From a virus (lineage: Duplodnaviria > Caudoviricetes), in the IMG/VR virus record IMGVR_UViG_2508501124_000001, positions 5,277 to 69,276 of that record: a stretch of DNA of 64,000 nt. One strand, given 5' to 3'. Positions 37,617 through 46,974 of the stretch are shown piece by piece. The number at the start of each line of letters is the position of its first letter. Positions within the stretch are counted from its first letter, which is position 1. Below the pieces are notes generated by a model that had not been told where the DNA came from, did not search any database, and saw only the letters and a program-made list of their open reading frames with translations. The position numbers were made by a program, and so were the translations under genes.

Positions 37617-37831
37617 GCTCGCTCCCTGGCGCGATCTTCATCGATTGCCAATACGAGGACCTGCGCCACCTCGTCACCGGCATCCGCAGTAAACAGGTGC
37701 ATGTACGTCGCCCATCGCTCCGCATCCACCCGCAACCTCTCACACTCCGCCTTAAGCGCCTCATAATCAGACGCCTTCACGAACAGACCGCCTTCACGCT
37801 CTGCGCACGACGTTCCGTATCTCTTCGCCAT
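37613..37831 (-). CDS. Hypothetical protein, 72 aa
   Basis: Coupled ORF; FVKASDYEALKAECERL. Confidence 0.6.
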   Translation of the reverse strand: MAKRYGTSCAEREGGLFVKASDYEALKAECERLRVDAERWATYMHLFTADAGDEVAQVLVLAIDEDRARERA

Positions 37832-37875
37832 AATTCCTCCTATACCTTGCTATGCGTTGTTAAGGGATAGAGCGG

Positions 37876-38187
37876 TCATGCCGCTTCCTTAGTAAGACCT
37901 CGCCATTCGCGCATTTGCCAGAAACTCACGCGGCCGTCAGCGGCTTTTTTGATGGCGACGTCTTTGTTGTCTGTCGCGTAGTGCCACGATCCGTCTTTCC
38001 ATACAGACCAAGTAATTCCGCCCTCGACGCGCGTCTGGTATAGGCCATCGTGAACCGGCGTCTCGCTATCGGGAAACCAATCCGTCTTTGGTATTTGATC
38101 AACATTCATCATTCGCCTGAATGACTCAATCTCTTTGTCGACAATCTTTCCTGCCATCTCGAATGCTTCGTAGTGGGCAAATTTCAC
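37876..38187 (-). CDS. Hypothetical protein (TDW.P...P...G.Y family)
   Basis: Trp-rich; resembles 40325-40516. Confidence 0.6.
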   Translation of the reverse strand: MKFAHYEAFEMAGKIVDKEIESFRRMMNVDQIPKTDWFPDSETPVHDGLYQTRVEGGITWSVWKDGSWHYATDNKDVAIKKAADGRVSFWQMREWRGLTKEAA

Positions 38188-38795
38188 GCTGCCTCCTTTC
38201 GTTGTTCAATCCGCCGCTCCAACCGGCGAGCCTTCTTGTTCATCACCTTCTTGAGTCGCTGCAAGTACTCGATGGACCACTTGGCCGTCCACTGCATTGA
38301 TTCGATTTCCTCGACGCGGTCTATGCCGATGCGCTCGACTAGGCCCATGCGGTAGTTCACAACCGAGCCGCCGAGGTCGCGGTTACACCGCTTGCACTGC
38401 AATCTGATGTTCGGCAGGTAGAAGCGGGCGTGGGGAGCACTCCCGACAGAGCGATAATGTCCGGCATCCATCGCACCGCCGAACCTCGCATCAGGCCTCG
38501 ATCCGCATGAGATGCACCCGTGGCCGGCGAGAATGTCGCGCAGGCGAGCCACCTTATTCACGGCGGCTTGCGCCTCCCGTATCCACTCACCTCTAGTCTT
38601 GATCTTGGCTTTCCGCTCGGCGAGCGACTTTCGCTCCTCTCGGTTTGCGCGGGCTGCTTTCTGGGCTTTCTGCTTCTCCGCAAGAGCGATTGCGCAGGGG
38701 ACCGAACAGGCGGCCTGCATGCTGCGAACTGGCGTGAACGTCTTTCCGCAATCGCGGTTACGGCATTTCTTCGGCTTCAAACTGGCGCGCATCAT
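38184..38795 (-). CDS. ninG: NinG/Rap-like recombination endonuclease
   Basis: KKCR..C, CISCG, DAGHYRSVGSAP, QCKRCN motifs. Confidence 0.9.
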   Translation of the reverse strand: MMRASLKPKKCRNRDCGKTFTPVRSMQAACSVPCAIALAEKQKAQKAARANREERKSLAERKAKIKTRGEWIREAQAAVNKVARLRDILAGHGCISCGSRPDARFGGAMDAGHYRSVGSAPHARFYLPNIRLQCKRCNRDLGGSVVNYRMGLVERIGIDRVEEIESMQWTAKWSIEYLQRLKKVMNKKARRLERRIEQRKEAA

Positions 38796-38923
38796 AGGGC
38801 AGCGGCCGCCACAATCAGATACAAGCCGATCACTTCGTTAGTGCTTAGCTTGGGAGAAAGCAGGCACTCGGCAGCGAAGAGGAACACAGCTCCCACAACT
38901 ATTTTCACGATCAGCTTTTTCAC
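38792..38923 (-). CDS. 43-aa membrane peptide
   Basis: GTG start overlapping upstream stop; hydrophobic. Confidence 0.45.
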   Translation of the reverse strand: MKKLIVKIVVGAVFLFAAECLLSPKLSTNEVIGLYLIVAAAAL

Positions 38924-39378
38924 ACGAACCCCATCATTTTTTCTACGATCGAATCCAAATCCGCTCGCGTGTAATTCCGAAGCACCTTTTGCAGCAGCAC
39001 ATTCGCGACTGCCGAATACACCCGTTCGAACTCAGCGTCGTCCATGCTGGCAAAGCTGATGCTGTGCGCCTCGGCGCGAACCTCGCCGTTCAGGTTCGCT
39101 ACTGCGTCATAGAATCCCGCCGCGATAATGCAGTCCTTGCGGAACCGTTCGCGGTTCTTCTGGACGGGCATTCCTCTATGCTCCGATTCGGGCGGATCGA
39201 ACGCATCAAATCCGACGTCGAGCATCGCGAAGAACTTCCGGTGAAACTTGTGGTTGCGCATGGCGGACACTTCGGCGCGCACCGTGGCGCCTACCTTGAA
39301 GCGCTTGCACTTGTCGGCCTCGCTCTCGCTGAGCGGGATCATGTAGCCTTGGGGCGTTTTGGTCAGAAGGACTTCCAT
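38920..39378 (-). CDS. NinB/DUF1367-like protein
   Basis: RNHKFHRKFFAML and SISFASMDDAEFERVY motifs. Confidence 0.8.
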   Translation of the reverse strand: MEVLLTKTPQGYMIPLSESEADKCKRFKVGATVRAEVSAMRNHKFHRKFFAMLDVGFDAFDPPESEHRGMPVQKNRERFRKDCIIAAGFYDAVANLNGEVRAEAHSISFASMDDAEFERVYSAVANVLLQKVLRNYTRADLDSIVEKMMGFV

Positions 39379-39572
39379 TACGTTGCCGCCTTATTTATCG
39401 CCGCGTCCAAGGCATCGCGAGGCGTGTCATGGACTGCTCTAATGACAGTCTCAAACTCAATTTCGTTATCGCCGTAATAGGCGCGCGCGATTCCAAAGTA
39501 CTCGCCGTCTTTCGTCTGGGTGACGAGCCAGTTTTTCGCCATGATCCAGTCGAGCCGTTCGTTGTCGGTCAT
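39378..39572 (-). CDS. Hypothetical protein, 64 aa
   Basis: DNERLDWI..TPRDALDAA. Confidence 0.6.
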   Translation of the reverse strand: MTDNERLDWIMAKNWLVTQTKDGEYFGIARAYYGDNEIEFETVIRAVHDTPRDALDAAINKAAT

Positions 39573-40159
39573 GCCGTCTCCCTCGCTCTCAGGGCCTCAA
39601 GTTGGGCATACGATTCCCACATGCGTAGGCTCGCGAGCCTCGCCAGATTCACTGCAGATGCTGGCGTGATGGGCTGAGCGTCGCGATTAGGCGTCGCCTT
39701 GCGCGCAACCTTGACGTCGAGCCCGCGCTTGCCCTGGCTAAGCAGAATGACGCCTGATGCGGGGCTACCAAGACAGTCGAAGAGCGAATCCATCCAAATT
39801 TCGGCAGGCACGGCGTAGTAGTGTTTCCAGATGCTGCGCGGCCACTGCAAACGAAGTTCATCCCATATCGCCGGCTGCTCAATACGAATCAACCGCCCGT
39901 TTTCCTCAACACGTTTCTCCGGTGCGTAGCCCGCAAATGTGCGATGCACCCATTTGTCTTTGGAGGCGTCAGCCTTGAGATCGGAGCGGCTAATCTTGAT
40001 CTCGACGTCGATCAGGCGTAGGTTTCCCGTCACGGCTAGTAAATCGGCTTCGTATCCGGTCCAATTGCAGTTCGGCACGACGACCAGGTACTTTTTATTG
40101 AACGTTTGAGTGGCCAGTGCGCGACCAATCATTCGCTCGTTCCACGGGGATGCACTCAC
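39569..40159 (-). CDS. PD-(D/E)xK nuclease-like protein (MmcB-like)
   Basis: YEADLL...DVEIKISRSDLKAD. Confidence 0.7.
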   Translation of the reverse strand: MSASPWNERMIGRALATQTFNKKYLVVVPNCNWTGYEADLLAVTGNLRLIDVEIKISRSDLKADASKDKWVHRTFAGYAPEKRVEENGRLIRIEQPAIWDELRLQWPRSIWKHYYAVPAEIWMDSLFDCLGSPASGVILLSQGKRGLDVKVARKATPNRDAQPITPASAVNLARLASLRMWESYAQLEALRARETA

Positions 40160-40338
40160 GCCCGCACCTCCGACTCCGCAAGGTACTCAGCCGTCGCCAC
40201 CGACAGCAGCGCGTCGACCGTGGTTTCCAGCGAGTACAGAAGGTCCATTGCCGCCTTGTTGCGGAAGCCTTTGGCGCTCGCCTCTTCTATTTTTCGCGAG
40301 AGGGCCGCTACGTTGACAACCAGTTCAGCACTTTGCAT
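40156..40338 (-). CDS. Hypothetical protein, 60 aa
   Basis: Coupled ORF. Confidence 0.5.
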   Translation of the reverse strand: MQSAELVVNVAALSRKIEEASAKGFRNKAAMDLLYSLETTVDALLSVATAEYLAESEVRA

Positions 40339-40516
40339 TTAAACCTCTCCACGTTTGGTTTTGATCGATAAGGGAATTGCCACGCGGCTTGTCGCGCCAC
40401 ACAGCGCCGTCCCACCACACGCGCCACTCGTAGGGCCAGCCGCAATCGAAGAACGAACAGTCGAACCAACCAACTCGCACCGGCTTTTGATGCGGCTCGT
40501 ACCAGTCAGTTACCAT
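40325..40516 (-). CDS. Hypothetical protein, 63 aa, Trp-rich
   Basis: TDWY....KPVRVGWF. Confidence 0.55.
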   Translation of the reverse strand: MVTDWYEPHQKPVRVGWFDCSFFDCGWPYEWRVWWDGAVWRDKPRGNSLIDQNQTWRGLNAKC

Positions 40517-41066
40517 TGGTTGGCTCCTCGATCACGATTCCGGCGATGCCGTACTTACGCGCCACCTCTTTGCATTGCTCACACGCGTAGGTATGGCCTT
40601 CTAATCGAAGCGACGCGCCCTGAGCAGCGCCGCCAGCGAACAGGATCGCGTTGACCTCGGCATGTGCGGGCTGCTGGCAGATCGACTTGCACAACTCATA
40701 TCCTTGGCCGGTGGCCATTCCGGCGCGTGGGCATACCGTCTGCGGATTCATGCAATGGTTCGTTGCTACATACCGGTCTCCGCGCTTCGATACCACGGTA
40801 GCGGTCACAGTCTGCTTGGCGCATGGCCCTGATCCATCCGGCGCGAACGTGTAGGTCTTCGGCTCGTCGTTGAGGTTCAGCGACTCCGCATTCGCCGTCA
40901 TGCGCTCCAGCGCTTGTGCAGCCAAGGCCCGGCGTTGCGCGTCCTGAAGGATTCGCGTGAACTTATCCACGGAACAGAAAATTCCTGCATCAGCCATCAG
41001 CGATAGGATCTCCTTGTGGGTTATGCCGGCGACCAGCTGCGTTGGCTCTTTGAGTTCTGAATTCAT
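40506..41066 (-). CDS. Zn-dependent cytidine/dCMP deaminase-like protein with N-terminal extension
   Basis: CAKQTVTA, HAEVNAI, YACEQC motifs; start MNSELKE. Confidence 0.8.
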   Translation of the reverse strand: MNSELKEPTQLVAGITHKEILSLMADAGIFCSVDKFTRILQDAQRRALAAQALERMTANAESLNLNDEPKTYTFAPDGSGPCAKQTVTATVVSKRGDRYVATNHCMNPQTVCPRAGMATGQGYELCKSICQQPAHAEVNAILFAGGAAQGASLRLEGHTYACEQCKEVARKYGIAGIVIEEPTNGN

Positions 41067-41395
41067 GCTGCTCTCCCGAAAAATGCAGCCATTGCGTCGA
41101 TAAGGGAATCGTTCGGTTGATCCGCTGCAACGTGCGCCGCGAGACGTGGCCGGCCGCGGCAGTCGCCAACGAGTTTCAGATCCGGCGCTACGTCGGCCAG
41201 CACGAAAATGATTGCAGGGCTTTTGCGCCATTCTTTCGCCGTCATGCCGGCGCGCTTGATATAGCCCAGTCTCTCGAGCTTGCGAATGCCGCTATCAACG
41301 GTTCGTTCGCACAATCCGAGCGCCTTTTCCATCTCGGGGCGGGTGCCGCTGCCGTTCTTCTTGATGAACGCGAAGATTTGATCGGATGCAGTCAT
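41063..41395 (-). CDS. Winged-HTH DNA-binding protein
   Basis: TRPEMEKALGLCERTVDSGIRKL. Confidence 0.6.
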   Translation of the reverse strand: MTASDQIFAFIKKNGSGTRPEMEKALGLCERTVDSGIRKLERLGYIKRAGMTAKEWRKSPAIIFVLADVAPDLKLVGDCRGRPRLAAHVAADQPNDSLIDAMAAFFGRAA

Positions 41396-41754
41396 TGAGT
41401 CACCTGTGCAATCAAAATACCGAAAGGGTTTCCGGCTTGAACCTGACGCAGAATCTTTTTGCCGTGCTTCGTCCGCTCATAGTAAAGACGCGAAACGAGG
41501 GCTTTTTCCATTCGCTTTGCGTCGGGTTTTTTCCCTGCCGCATAAATGGCAGGTACAGCGTTGCTGCCGGGCTGGAAGTCGTACGCATAGACATAGAAGT
41601 ACTTCTCTGGCTTTTTTCGGGCGATGCAGATCGCAGACGCAACGGTCTTGAGATGCATGCCCAACTCGCACGCGATTTCGTCTGCGGTCATCGGCCCGAA
41701 CTCGGTCAGAAGGCGAGTAATGGCGTTTCTCGTGGTAGGTTCCTGTGCCATCAC
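41392..41754 (-). CDS. Winged-HTH DNA-binding protein
   Basis: GPMTADEIACELGMHLKTVASAI. Confidence 0.6.
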   Translation of the reverse strand: MMAQEPTTRNAITRLLTEFGPMTADEIACELGMHLKTVASAICIARKKPEKYFYVYAYDFQPGSNAVPAIYAAGKKPDAKRMEKALVSRLYYERTKHGKKILRQVQAGNPFGILIAQVTQ

Positions 41755-42242
41755 GCGGCCTCTTTCAGTTGTTCGCGCTCCTGGCGCGCTTCAAGTTCAA
41801 ACTTGATTTGGATGTCGCGAATAAGGCGGTATGCGTAATCGGCTTGCATGTCGCCGGACTGTTTCTTTAGTTCCGCGATCGACCAACGCGAATTGGCAAT
41901 GTCGTATTGATCGAGCATTTCGCCCCTATCGAGCTTCACGCAAACTTGCTTGAGCGGGTCGGTCACGATCGGCAGGGCGTTGCGCTCAGCGTGCAGGTCG
42001 AATGCATCGATCAGACCGCAAAGCGACGGCACGAACTCGTAGACGTCGTTGTGTGCCAGTTCGCTGAAGATCGGCTTACCCTCTTCAGTGACGCTGACCA
42101 TGCCGCTTTGCTCGATTTCTTCGAGAATGGCCTCGACGGGCTCGAATACGGCGTGAATCTTCCACGGCTGTGCTCGGAGCTTGACGTGGCCGGCGCGGGA
42201 TTGCGGGTTGTACTTCTTGCGCGGTTTCTGGCTGCGGCTCAT
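41751..42242 (-). CDS. Hypothetical phage protein
   Basis: Start MSRSQKPRKKY coupled to the HNH stop. Confidence 0.65.
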   Translation of the reverse strand: MSRSQKPRKKYNPQSRAGHVKLRAQPWKIHAVFEPVEAILEEIEQSGMVSVTEEGKPIFSELAHNDVYEFVPSLCGLIDAFDLHAERNALPIVTDPLKQVCVKLDRGEMLDQYDIANSRWSIAELKKQSGDMQADYAYRLIRDIQIKFELEARQEREQLKEAA

Positions 42243-43168
42243 GCGACCTCCAATTGCTCGTCGGACCTCAGGTAGGTCCATCGATAGCCGAAGGCAGTCT
42301 TGAGATCACCGCGACCGGCTTTACTTATCGAATCCACCTTAGCGGTGGGATGCCCATTCTCAACAAGCCACCTCGCGGCAGCGCTGGCGGAATAGAAAAT
42401 CTGACCCGTTTCCTCGCACCGAACCGGAATGCAGCGCGGATCATTCTTGCGCCTCATATCACGCGTTTCTTCGTGCCACCGACTATCAGTTGCTGGCGTT
42501 TTCATGGCTCGTTCCGGAGCCCATTTCAGCGCATAAAGGCGTTGGTACAGAACCTTGTATGGAATTCCGGTTTCCTGCTCCCACCCCTTGATCGACAAGG
42601 TTTTTCCGTCGACCGTGTATCTCAATGTGATAGAGCGGTTTTCGTTTTGTTGTGCTGGAGTGGCCCACCGGCAATTACCGGGCTCATAGTTGCCTTCACA
42701 ATTCGGATAGCGATCCAGAGTTGTGCCCTCGGGCCGCTCTCCCATGTCCAATAGAAAGTTGTCGAATGACTCTAGCCACCGATCACAAACGCGGATGCCT
42801 CGACCTCCATATTCTTGATACGACTTGTGGTTCTTTTTCAAGCATCTTGCCTTCATGGCTCCCCACGACTCGTAAGTCCCCGTTCTGCTTGCCTTGCGCG
42901 CGTGTCCGTGACCAATCGCTCCTCTATGTAGGCAGCCGCATGAACGGATTGCGCCGCTCCTGATTCTCTTACCTAGCGCCACGACCTCGCCGCCACAATC
43001 ACATGCGCAACGCCACCACGCACCACGATCTCCTACATCAACGATGGCTCTTTCGACAACGTGAAGCTTTCCGAACTTCTTTCCTTCCATCGGAACAACG
43101 TTATGATTGCTCATTCTTCGATCCAGTGGATTAGGATTACTAATCGCAATCGCGCCAACTTTCCTCAT
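42239..43168 (-). CDS. HNH homing endonuclease with NUMOD-like C-terminus
   Basis: CACDCG, SCGC, YGGRGIRVCDRW, TLDR..GNYEPGNCRWAT motifs. Confidence 0.88.
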   Translation of the reverse strand: MRKVGAIAISNPNPLDRRMSNHNVVPMEGKKFGKLHVVERAIVDVGDRGAWWRCACDCGGEVVALGKRIRSGAIRSCGCLHRGAIGHGHARKASRTGTYESWGAMKARCLKKNHKSYQEYGGRGIRVCDRWLESFDNFLLDMGERPEGTTLDRYPNCEGNYEPGNCRWATPAQQNENRSITLRYTVDGKTLSIKGWEQETGIPYKVLYQRLYALKWAPERAMKTPATDSRWHEETRDMRRKNDPRCIPVRCEETGQIFYSASAAARWLVENGHPTAKVDSISKAGRGDLKTAFGYRWTYLRSDEQLEVA

Positions 43169-43323
43169 TTTCTCGACTCCCATAACCGCTTCAATGCTGC
43201 TTTGATCTGTTCCGCCGCGCCTTCGCCGTATTCTCGTCGCAGCACTTCGATGTACGATCTTCGCTCGTCCAATGGCCACGGCGCTATCTCTTCGAGTACT
43301 TCGGTTAGTTGGGCGGGAGTCAT
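43165..43323 (-). CDS. Small phage protein, 52 aa
   Basis: ATGA-coupled to dnaB and to the HNH gene. Confidence 0.55.
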   Translation of the reverse strand: MTPAQLTEVLEEIAPWPLDERRSYIEVLRREYGEGAAEQIKAALKRLWESRK

Positions 43324-44720
43324 TCAAAGCCCCGTTTCGATTTCCGTGGCGCCTCATCGCCCGGCTGTTCCCCGAATCTTGTTCCGGGCATCAGGTCGGC
43401 AAACAATGTGCGCTCCCCGATGTAAGCCGCCGCCACAGTCCCGGTCGGGCCGTTCCGCTGCTTCGCGATGTTGATCTCACCAATGCCGCGATCGCGCGTG
43501 TTCGGGTGATAGACCTCGTCGCGGTACAGGAAGAGAACGATGTCTGCGTCTTGCTCGATTTCGCCGGAATCACGGAGATCCGATAGCATGGGGCGCTTGT
43601 CGCCGCGCTCCTCGAGCTTGCGGTTAAGCTGGGCAAGCAGTACGACCGGCACGCCCATTTGCTTCGCTAGTGCCTTCAGTCCGCGGCTGTTCGCGCCGAC
43701 TTTCTCGTTTCGTGTGTTGCCTTCGCCGTCAGCCATCAGGCCGAGATAGTCGATCACGATCAGACCAAGACCGTAGCGGCGCTTCGCAGTGCGCGCGCGG
43801 GCGCGGATCTCTTGCAGGCTGAGCGCCGGCTGTTCGTCGACCAAAACTTCCAGTTCGGCAACCTTCACCGTGCCGGCCGTCAGACGGCTGAAGTCTTCGT
43901 CGCTTTCAAACTTTCGACCGTCGAGAATCTTGTCGAGCGGCAGCCCCGAGGCACGAGAAAGGGATCGGTTAGCCAGTTCCTCGCCAGGCATTTCCTGCGA
44001 GAAGAACAGGGTGGCACCGCCTTTATGTGCCGCCGACTCTGCGACGCCGAGAGCGATCGCCGTTTTACCCATCGCCGGGCGCCCTGCGATGACGATCAGT
44101 TGGCCCGGCCGCATTCCTCCGCCCAGCTTGGCGTCCAGATCTCGCAGGCCCGTCGAGAGCGCTTTAACGGTCGTTGGCTGGCCGTTGTATTGAGCATCGA
44201 TGCGCTCGATGACGTTCGTCAGGAAATTCTTGATGAACTGAGGCTCTTTCGCCGTCGTCACGACGAGCGGTTCGAACTTCGATTGCGCCTCGCTGATGAC
44301 TTGGGAAACCGTCTTGCCACCGCGGTTATGCACGAGTTCGACAATCTCATCTGTTGCCGCCAGGACACCGCGAAGCTTCCAGCGATCAACAACGATGTCG
44401 GCCCAGCGCTTGATGCCCGCCGATCCGGGGGTGTTGCTTGCCAGCGAGTTCAGGTAGGGCAGGCCGCCGACGTCGCCGGCTTGATCGCCAAGCGCCTCGA
44501 GGACCGTGATGATGTCGGCATTACGATTCGACACGACGAGCTTTTGGATCGCGTTGAAGATCGTCCGATGATCGAAGCGGAAGAAATGTTCCGCGCGCAG
44601 ATGGACGATGCGGTCCAGCGCGTCGTTGTCGATCAGTAGGGCTCCAAGTACGGATTGCTCTGCTTCGATGCTGGCCGGCACTTCGCGCGGTTGTTCGGTG
44701 AATCTGTCGGGTGCGTTCAT
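43320..44720 (-). CDS. dnaB: Replicative DNA helicase
   Basis: SIEAEQSVLG, AGRPAMGKT, IVIDYL, RPMLSDLRDSGEIEQDAD. Confidence 0.95.
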   Translation of the reverse strand: MNAPDRFTEQPREVPASIEAEQSVLGALLIDNDALDRIVHLRAEHFFRFDHRTIFNAIQKLVVSNRNADIITVLEALGDQAGDVGGLPYLNSLASNTPGSAGIKRWADIVVDRWKLRGVLAATDEIVELVHNRGGKTVSQVISEAQSKFEPLVVTTAKEPQFIKNFLTNVIERIDAQYNGQPTTVKALSTGLRDLDAKLGGGMRPGQLIVIAGRPAMGKTAIALGVAESAAHKGGATLFFSQEMPGEELANRSLSRASGLPLDKILDGRKFESDEDFSRLTAGTVKVAELEVLVDEQPALSLQEIRARARTAKRRYGLGLIVIDYLGLMADGEGNTRNEKVGANSRGLKALAKQMGVPVVLLAQLNRKLEERGDKRPMLSDLRDSGEIEQDADIVLFLYRDEVYHPNTRDRGIGEINIAKQRNGPTGTVAAAYIGERTLFADLMPGTRFGEQPGDEAPRKSKRGFE

Positions 44721-45529
44721 TTCGCTGCCTTGTTCTCGTAGTTGCCTTGGACGACCTTGGCGAAATTCTCGGACTTGACCAGCCAGCCAAGATCGCAGCC
44801 GCCCCATTTCCCATTCCTGCCGCTAAGAAAATCGCTCTCAGCGACGTACGAAAAAAACTTGTCGAAGTAGGCGACGGCACTCGCCTCATCCGTGGCGTAT
44901 CGACTTCCATCCTTTCGTCTGGCCGTCAAAACCCACCGCCATCTAGCACGCATCGACTTCTGCCGCTCTCCCTCCCAGATTCGCGGGTAGGGAAGTTCAG
45001 GTAGATGCTGCGCATACAGGTCAATCAACTGCTGGTGAGGGCAGTCAGGAATCGGGCTCTTGGCAGGCGATTCGGCATCGCCGATCGCAACCTCTACGTC
45101 AGTAGAGGAATTACCGTCCTCGACTCCGTCTACGTCTCCGTCCTCGTCTAAGTGGGCAGATTCACGCATTTGCTTTGCATCTGCTAAGCAGTTGCTAGCA
45201 CCCGTTATCGGATCGGGATATTTGCTAACTTTTGAACGCACCTGCTGACGAAAGTCTTGCACCTCTAAGTACTGCTTACCGCCGATTTCATAGCAAAGCA
45301 CGAGATTCGCACTTGCACACTCCTTCATCCATTCGGCGATATGTTCGTCGAATACAGTGTCCAACTTGAGCGGATAGCAGGCGGCTCTAACCAGCTTCGG
45401 GTTGGCAGAGAAGCGGCCGTAGTCATCCACTACCGACATGAGACGGCGGTAAAACACCTCTCCGGCCGGGCTGAGCATGTCTATGCGCTCGCTCGTCAAG
45501 ATTCCTTCCCGGAGCATCCGTACTGGCAT
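44717..45529 (-). CDS. Replication initiator (O-like)
   Basis: Upstream of dnaB; VVDDYGR N-terminus; C-terminal DLGWLVK..NF.KV..GNY. Confidence 0.8.
   Translation of the reverse strand: MPVRMLREGILTSERIDMLSPAGEVFYRRLMSVVDDYGRFSANPKLVRAACYPLKLDTVFDEHIAEWMKECASANLVLCYEIGGKQYLEVQDFRQQVRSKVSKYPDPITGASNCLADAKQMRESAHLDEDGDVDGVEDGNSSTDVEVAIGDAESPAKSPIPDCPHQQLIDLYAQHLPELPYPRIWEGERQKSMRARWRWVLTARRKDGSRYATDEASAVAYFDKFFSYVAESDFLSGRNGKWGGCDLGWLVKSENFAKVVQGNYENKAAK
45168..45300. repeat. Putative iterons/ori inside the initiator gene
   Basis: Clustered TGCT-(A/T/G)-containing repeats (ctgctaagca, gttgctagca, tttgctaact, cctgctgacg, actgcttacc). Confidence 0.45.
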
Positions 45530-45682
45530 TTATTTACCCTTGATCATTCTGACCAGCGACACACAAAGCATGTGCGCCTGGTGTTGCTTCGATTGCTTGG
45601 TCTTCAGGTGGCTGATGTTGCGGGCCATCTCAAGTTGGCGCTCCTGCTCGGGCGTCTTCGTCGACAACAGATCGCGCTTCAT
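45530..45682 (-). CDS. Hypothetical protein, 50 aa
   Basis: Abuts the initiator start. Confidence 0.5.
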   Translation of the reverse strand: MKRDLLSTKTPEQERQLEMARNISHLKTKQSKQHQAHMLCVSLVRMIKGK

Positions 45683-45862
45683 TCAAATCACCCCCATCGC
45701 AGCCAGCAACGCCGCCACAACACACGCAACAAGCCCCGCCACCGCGACATAGAACGTCAAGGGCGAGCCGATCACACGATCAAACAGCGAACGGTTAGCC
45801 ATGCGTTTCTGGTATGCAGCCCATTGAGCCTTCTGGAACTGGTCGCGGTGGTGGAGGTTCAT
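45683..45862 (-). CDS. 59-aa membrane protein
   Basis: ATGA-coupled; C-terminal TM segment. Confidence 0.5.
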   Translation of the reverse strand: MNLHHRDQFQKAQWAAYQKRMANRSLFDRVIGSPLTFYVAVAGLVACVVAALLAAMGVI

Positions 45863-46248
45863 GCTGCGATATCCTTCGATTGGCGCGATTTCTTGACGGC
45901 ATCCAGCTCGGCTGCCGCGGACACCAGGCGCTCGTATTCGTCACGAGGCACTGGCACCAGACCAAGCTCAGCGCATTCGAACTGAACCGGCGCATACGTG
46001 CCGCACAACCTCATAAGGGCCACACGCTTCTGCATCAGAGCGCCGGCATTACCTTGCAATAAGCGCGACATATATCCCTTGTCGATCGACAGTTGCTTTC
46101 CAACGTAGTCATGCGTGAACTTCGAAAGCTGTATGCAAAGACGCACAGCATCGAGCTCGTCGTCGCACATATTCACCAGCTCGCTAGGGGCTGCTTTCAC
46201 TTTCTGCACCTCGCCGTGCATGGGCATTTCACGTTGCATGTTGTTCAC
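45859..46248 (-). CDS. CII-like HTH regulator
   Basis: HDYVGKQLSIDKGYMSRLL HTH; position after cro. Confidence 0.65.
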   Translation of the reverse strand: MNNMQREMPMHGEVQKVKAAPSELVNMCDDELDAVRLCIQLSKFTHDYVGKQLSIDKGYMSRLLQGNAGALMQKRVALMRLCGTYAPVQFECAELGLVPVPRDEYERLVSAAAELDAVKKSRQSKDIAA

Positions 46249-46407
46249 CTTTCCTATGGTTTGTGCCTCTTGCGAGGCGTTGACGGTCCATACTGGAGAA
46301 AATGGCGACAGTTCAAGCCGCCATTTCAGGCTCTACAACTTATGAAAAAACGCCCCCATGCTTCGGTGAAACTGTTATCTCCCGGACTCCTTTCTGGGAG
46401 CGGGCTT

Positions 46408-46974
46408 TTATTGAACCGCCATGCTTTGTTCGCTATATCTACCCGGCCTCCCGAGCACTTCGATGATGCGAGCCCAGTTAAAATCGGGCCTCAAGTCTTG
46501 ACAGCGGACTCCGGTGAGCTTGGCGATCGTTACGCACCGCTCGACCGGAACGCCGCGCTTAAGCCAATTCGCGATGGTTTGAGCCTTTGTGGTGCCGCCG
46601 ATGCTGTTTGCGAGATTCGTTATGCCACCCATCAGATCAATGGCACGCTGAAGTGCTGGCGCCCCGCTGTCCAAGTCATCGCCACAATCCAACGCCTCCG
46701 CGGATTCGTGCGCAATGCGGCAGGCAACATCGAAGGCAATGCCGTAGAACCACTCATTGCCGCGAACTTCGGCAGCGATGCGACGGCACTCACGCAGTGC
46801 GCGCGCTTCGGCAACTTGCATCACGCCGGCACATTCGAAAACCGCGCTATCAACCAACTCGATGCGATGGCAGGCAAGTTGCTCGGCATGCTGAGCAATG
46901 CGACGAACGGAATTTTTGGAGCGACCGAGCTTGACGCATCCATTCGAGAACAGGCAGACGTAGAGACTGTTCAT
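46408..46974 (-). CDS. T5orf172/GIY-YIG-like domain fused to a Cro/YdaS-like HTH
   Basis: LYV...VKLGRS..RRI...E...NEWF; GGITNLA..IG..QTIANW..GVP...LRPD. Confidence 0.7.
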   Translation of the reverse strand: MNSLYVCLFSNGCVKLGRSKNSVRRIAQHAEQLACHRIELVDSAVFECAGVMQVAEARALRECRRIAAEVRGNEWFYGIAFDVACRIAHESAEALDCGDDLDSGAPALQRAIDLMGGITNLANSIGGTTKAQTIANWLKRGVPVERCVTIAKLTGVRCQDLRPDFNWARIIEVLGRPGRYSEQSMAVQ

